Below are positions 62,137 to 64,000 of a DNA stretch of 64,000 nt, piece by piece. Both the position numbers and the translations under genes were made by a program. Position 1 is the first letter of the stretch, and every line of letters starts with the position of its first letter. The notes beneath the pieces are model-generated. The model made no database searches. It saw only the letters and a program-made list of their open reading frames with translations, and was not told the DNA's origin. Source of the DNA: Alphaproteobacteria bacterium (GTDB lineage Bacteria; Pseudomonadota; Alphaproteobacteria; MPNO01; UBA830). Location: NCBI GenBank assembly GCA_038131485.1, contig JAYPPO010000007.1:26950-90949 (forward strand), given 5' to 3'.

Positions 62137-64000
62137 TGGACGGAAAAGGACCCGGTGCCCCGATCCGCTCCATCGGCGTTCCGATGCCGATGGTGGACGG
62201 ACCAGAAAAGATCTCGGGGAAGGCGCAGTACACCGCAGATTTCTATAATCATGGCGCGCTGGTGGGCGCGATCAAGCGCAGCCCTGTCGCGCACGCTAAA
62301 ATTCTCTCCGTCGACACCTCCGACGCAGAAGCACTGCCTGGCGTGCGTGCCGTGATTACCGGCTCGGAAACGGACGAGGGGCACGGCGTCCTGCCGGTCT
62401 CGCGGACCGAGCTTCCCATTGCGTTCGACAAGGTGCGCTATCGCGGCGAGCCGGTGGCGGCGGTCGCTGCCGACAGCATAGAGGCCGCGCGGAGGGCCTG
62501 CGACCTGATCCGTGTTGAGTATGAAGAGTTGCCGGCATATTTCACGGTGGCGGACTCGATGGCGGACGGGAGCGTTAATATTCACGACCATCGTCCTGGC
62601 AACATCGAGCGCCACGTCGACTACGAGATCGGTAACGTCGATGCAGGGTTTGCCGAGGCCGACCTAATACACGAGACCGAATATCATTGCGCTGAGGTCT
62701 GTCAGGTCCAGACCGAGCCGCATGCCGCATTCGCAGAATATGATGGCGAACGGGACGAGCTGACGGTCCGTGCCAGTACCCAGGTGCCGTACTATGTGCA
62801 TCTGATGCTGTCCAAGATCCTCAAGATGCCGAAATCGAAGATAAGAGTGATAAAACCCTATCTTGGTGGCGGGTTTGGCTGTCGGACAGAGGCGCTCAAC
62901 GTCGAGATGATCACCGCTATGCTGGCGCGCCGGGCGAAAGGCATCGTGCGCACGGTCATCAGTCGTGAAGACACCTTCATCACCCATCGCGGCAGGCCCG
63001 AGCAGATAGTGAAGATCCGCATGGGCATGAAGAAAGACGGCCGCGTCACGGCGGTCGAATGTTCGACCGTCCAGCGCGGCGGCGCGCATTCTGGCTACGG
63101 CATCGTCACGATCCTCTATTCCGGTTCGATGCTTTTCGCGATCTACGATCTGCAGAACGTGCGTTACGAAGGAAAACGCGTGCTGACTAACACGCCGCCC
63201 TGCGGCGCGTTCCGCGGGCACGGCACCGTCAACGTACGGCATGCCTTTGAGAACGCGATGGACGAGATGGCGGCAAGGCTTGGGCTCGATCCATTCGCTG
63301 TGCGACGTGTCAACTTGATCACAGAAATGGGCCACGTTGCCAACGATCTCTGGGTCAATTCCTACGGGCTGCCGGAATGCCTCGACATCGTCGAGAAGGC
63401 GTCTGGCTGGAAGGATCGAAAGGGCAAGTTGCCGGCAGGCAAGGGGCTCGGTCTTGCGTGCTCGCACTACGTCTCCGGGGCCTCCAAACCGGTAAACTGG
63501 ACCGGTGAGCCACACGCCACGGTAAATCTCAAGCTCGACTTCGACGGCAGCATAGTAATCCTGACAGGCGCGTCCGAAATCGGGCAGGGCTCGTCGACGA
63601 TCCTCGTCCAGTGCGTCTCCGAGGTACTTGGCATCGATCCTACGCGGGTGAAGATTGTCGCGGCTGACAGCCGCGTGACGCCGAAGGACAATGGTTCGTA
63701 TTCGTCGCGCGTTACCTACATGGTTGGTAATGCGGCGATCGAAGCGGCCAACAACCTGAAGGGCATCCTGATCGACGCGGCGGCGCGCAAGCTCGACGTC
63801 AACCCCGACGATGTCGAATGCCTTGGCGAGGTTTATCGCGCGGGTACCCAGGACACGGGCATGTCCTTCGAAGACGTCGTCATGGCGGCGCTCGAAGGCA
63901 CCGGCACAATTACGGTCAAAGGCAACTTCGACACGCTACCAGAAAGCTGGGGTGGCAAGAAATATCGCGGCGCGGCGATCGGCGGCTCAATGGCTTTCGC
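62136..64000 (+). CDS. Xanthine-dehydrogenase-family molybdopterin-binding large subunit (partial, continues past the window)
   Basis: Read by hand, because it has no stop in the window and is therefore absent from the ORF track: MDGKGPGAPIRSIGVPMPMVDGPEKISGKAQYTADF..YLGGGFGCRTE..PPCGAFRGHGTV..SEIGQGSSTILVQ. Confidence 0.9.
   Translation, partial: MDGKGPGAPIRSIGVPMPMVDGPEKISGKAQYTADFYNHGALVGAIKRSPVAHAKILSVDTSDAEALPGVRAVITGSETDEGHGVLPVSRTELPIAFDKVRYRGEPVAAVAADSIEAARRACDLIRVEYEELPAYFTVADSMADGSVNIHDHRPGNIERHVDYEIGNVDAGFAEADLIHETEYHCAEVCQVQTEPHAAFAEYDGERDELTVRASTQVPYYVHLMLSKILKMPKSKIRVIKPYLGGGFGCRTEALNVEMITAMLARRAKGIVRTVISREDTFITHRGRPEQIVKIRMGMKKDGRVTAVECSTVQRGGAHSGYGIVTILYSGSMLFAIYDLQNVRYEGKRVLTNTPPCGAFRGHGTVNVRHAFENAMDEMAARLGLDPFAVRRVNLITEMGHVANDLWVNSYGLPECLDIVEKASGWKDRKGKLPAGKGLGLACSHYVSGASKPVNWTGEPHATVNLKLDFDGSIVILTGASEIGQGSSTILVQCVSEVLGIDPTRVKIVAADSRVTPKDNGSYSSRVTYMVGNAAIEAANNLKGILIDAAARKLDVNPDDVECLGEVYRAGTQDTGMSFEDVVMAALEGTGTITVKGNFDTLPESWGGKKYRGAAIGGSMAF

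Overview
This is a 64-kb chromosomal window from a high-GC alphaproteobacterium. The gene order (TPR protein-ispE; ispB-DUF2007-methyltransferase-S49 peptidase; glyQ-glyS-ppdK-ygfZ) looks Hyphomicrobiales/Rhizobiales-like; that is inferred from synteny and protein motifs, not from a search. Contents: housekeeping genes (ispE, apt, dinB, scoAB, ispB, glyQS, ppdK, purU); two tRNAs (Gln-TTG, Pro-CGG); a ~2-kb AT-rich integrase islet at the 3' end of tRNA-Pro; and a translationally coupled cluster of three glycosyltransferases plus an asparagine-synthase-like gene. From ~41.9 kb to the window end there is a dense catabolic supercluster. It holds three acyl-CoA-dehydrogenase-fold (HsaA/C2-type) monooxygenases, a gentisate-dioxygenase-like bicupin, two Cox/Xdh-type molybdenum hydroxylase sets, an FAD monooxygenase, and VOC, AhpD-like, cyclase, SDR, HisD-like, crotonase and MFS genes. 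The strongest sequence-level signal is that about 17 recognisable genes cannot be translated in one frame. Most lesions sit in three sharply bounded blocks (1-4139, 7299-9068, 16178-20682), which show many indels but almost no visible amino-acid decay. Isolated single lesions also occur in glyS, the integrase, the hisD-like gene and an FAD monooxygenase, and there is an in-frame TAG in the asnB-like gene. Sequence alone cannot distinguish patch-wise sequencing/assembly error from real, very recent gene inactivation. I found no CRISPR array and no recognisable defence, toxin-antitoxin or secretion system, and no compelling evidence for a wholly new system. The best novelty candidates are the uncharacterised Mo-hydroxylase/monooxygenase catabolic cluster and the orphan cargo of the tRNA-Pro islet. 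The supplied ORF track uses alternative start codons and reports many long antisense ORFs typical of high-GC DNA; I rejected those.
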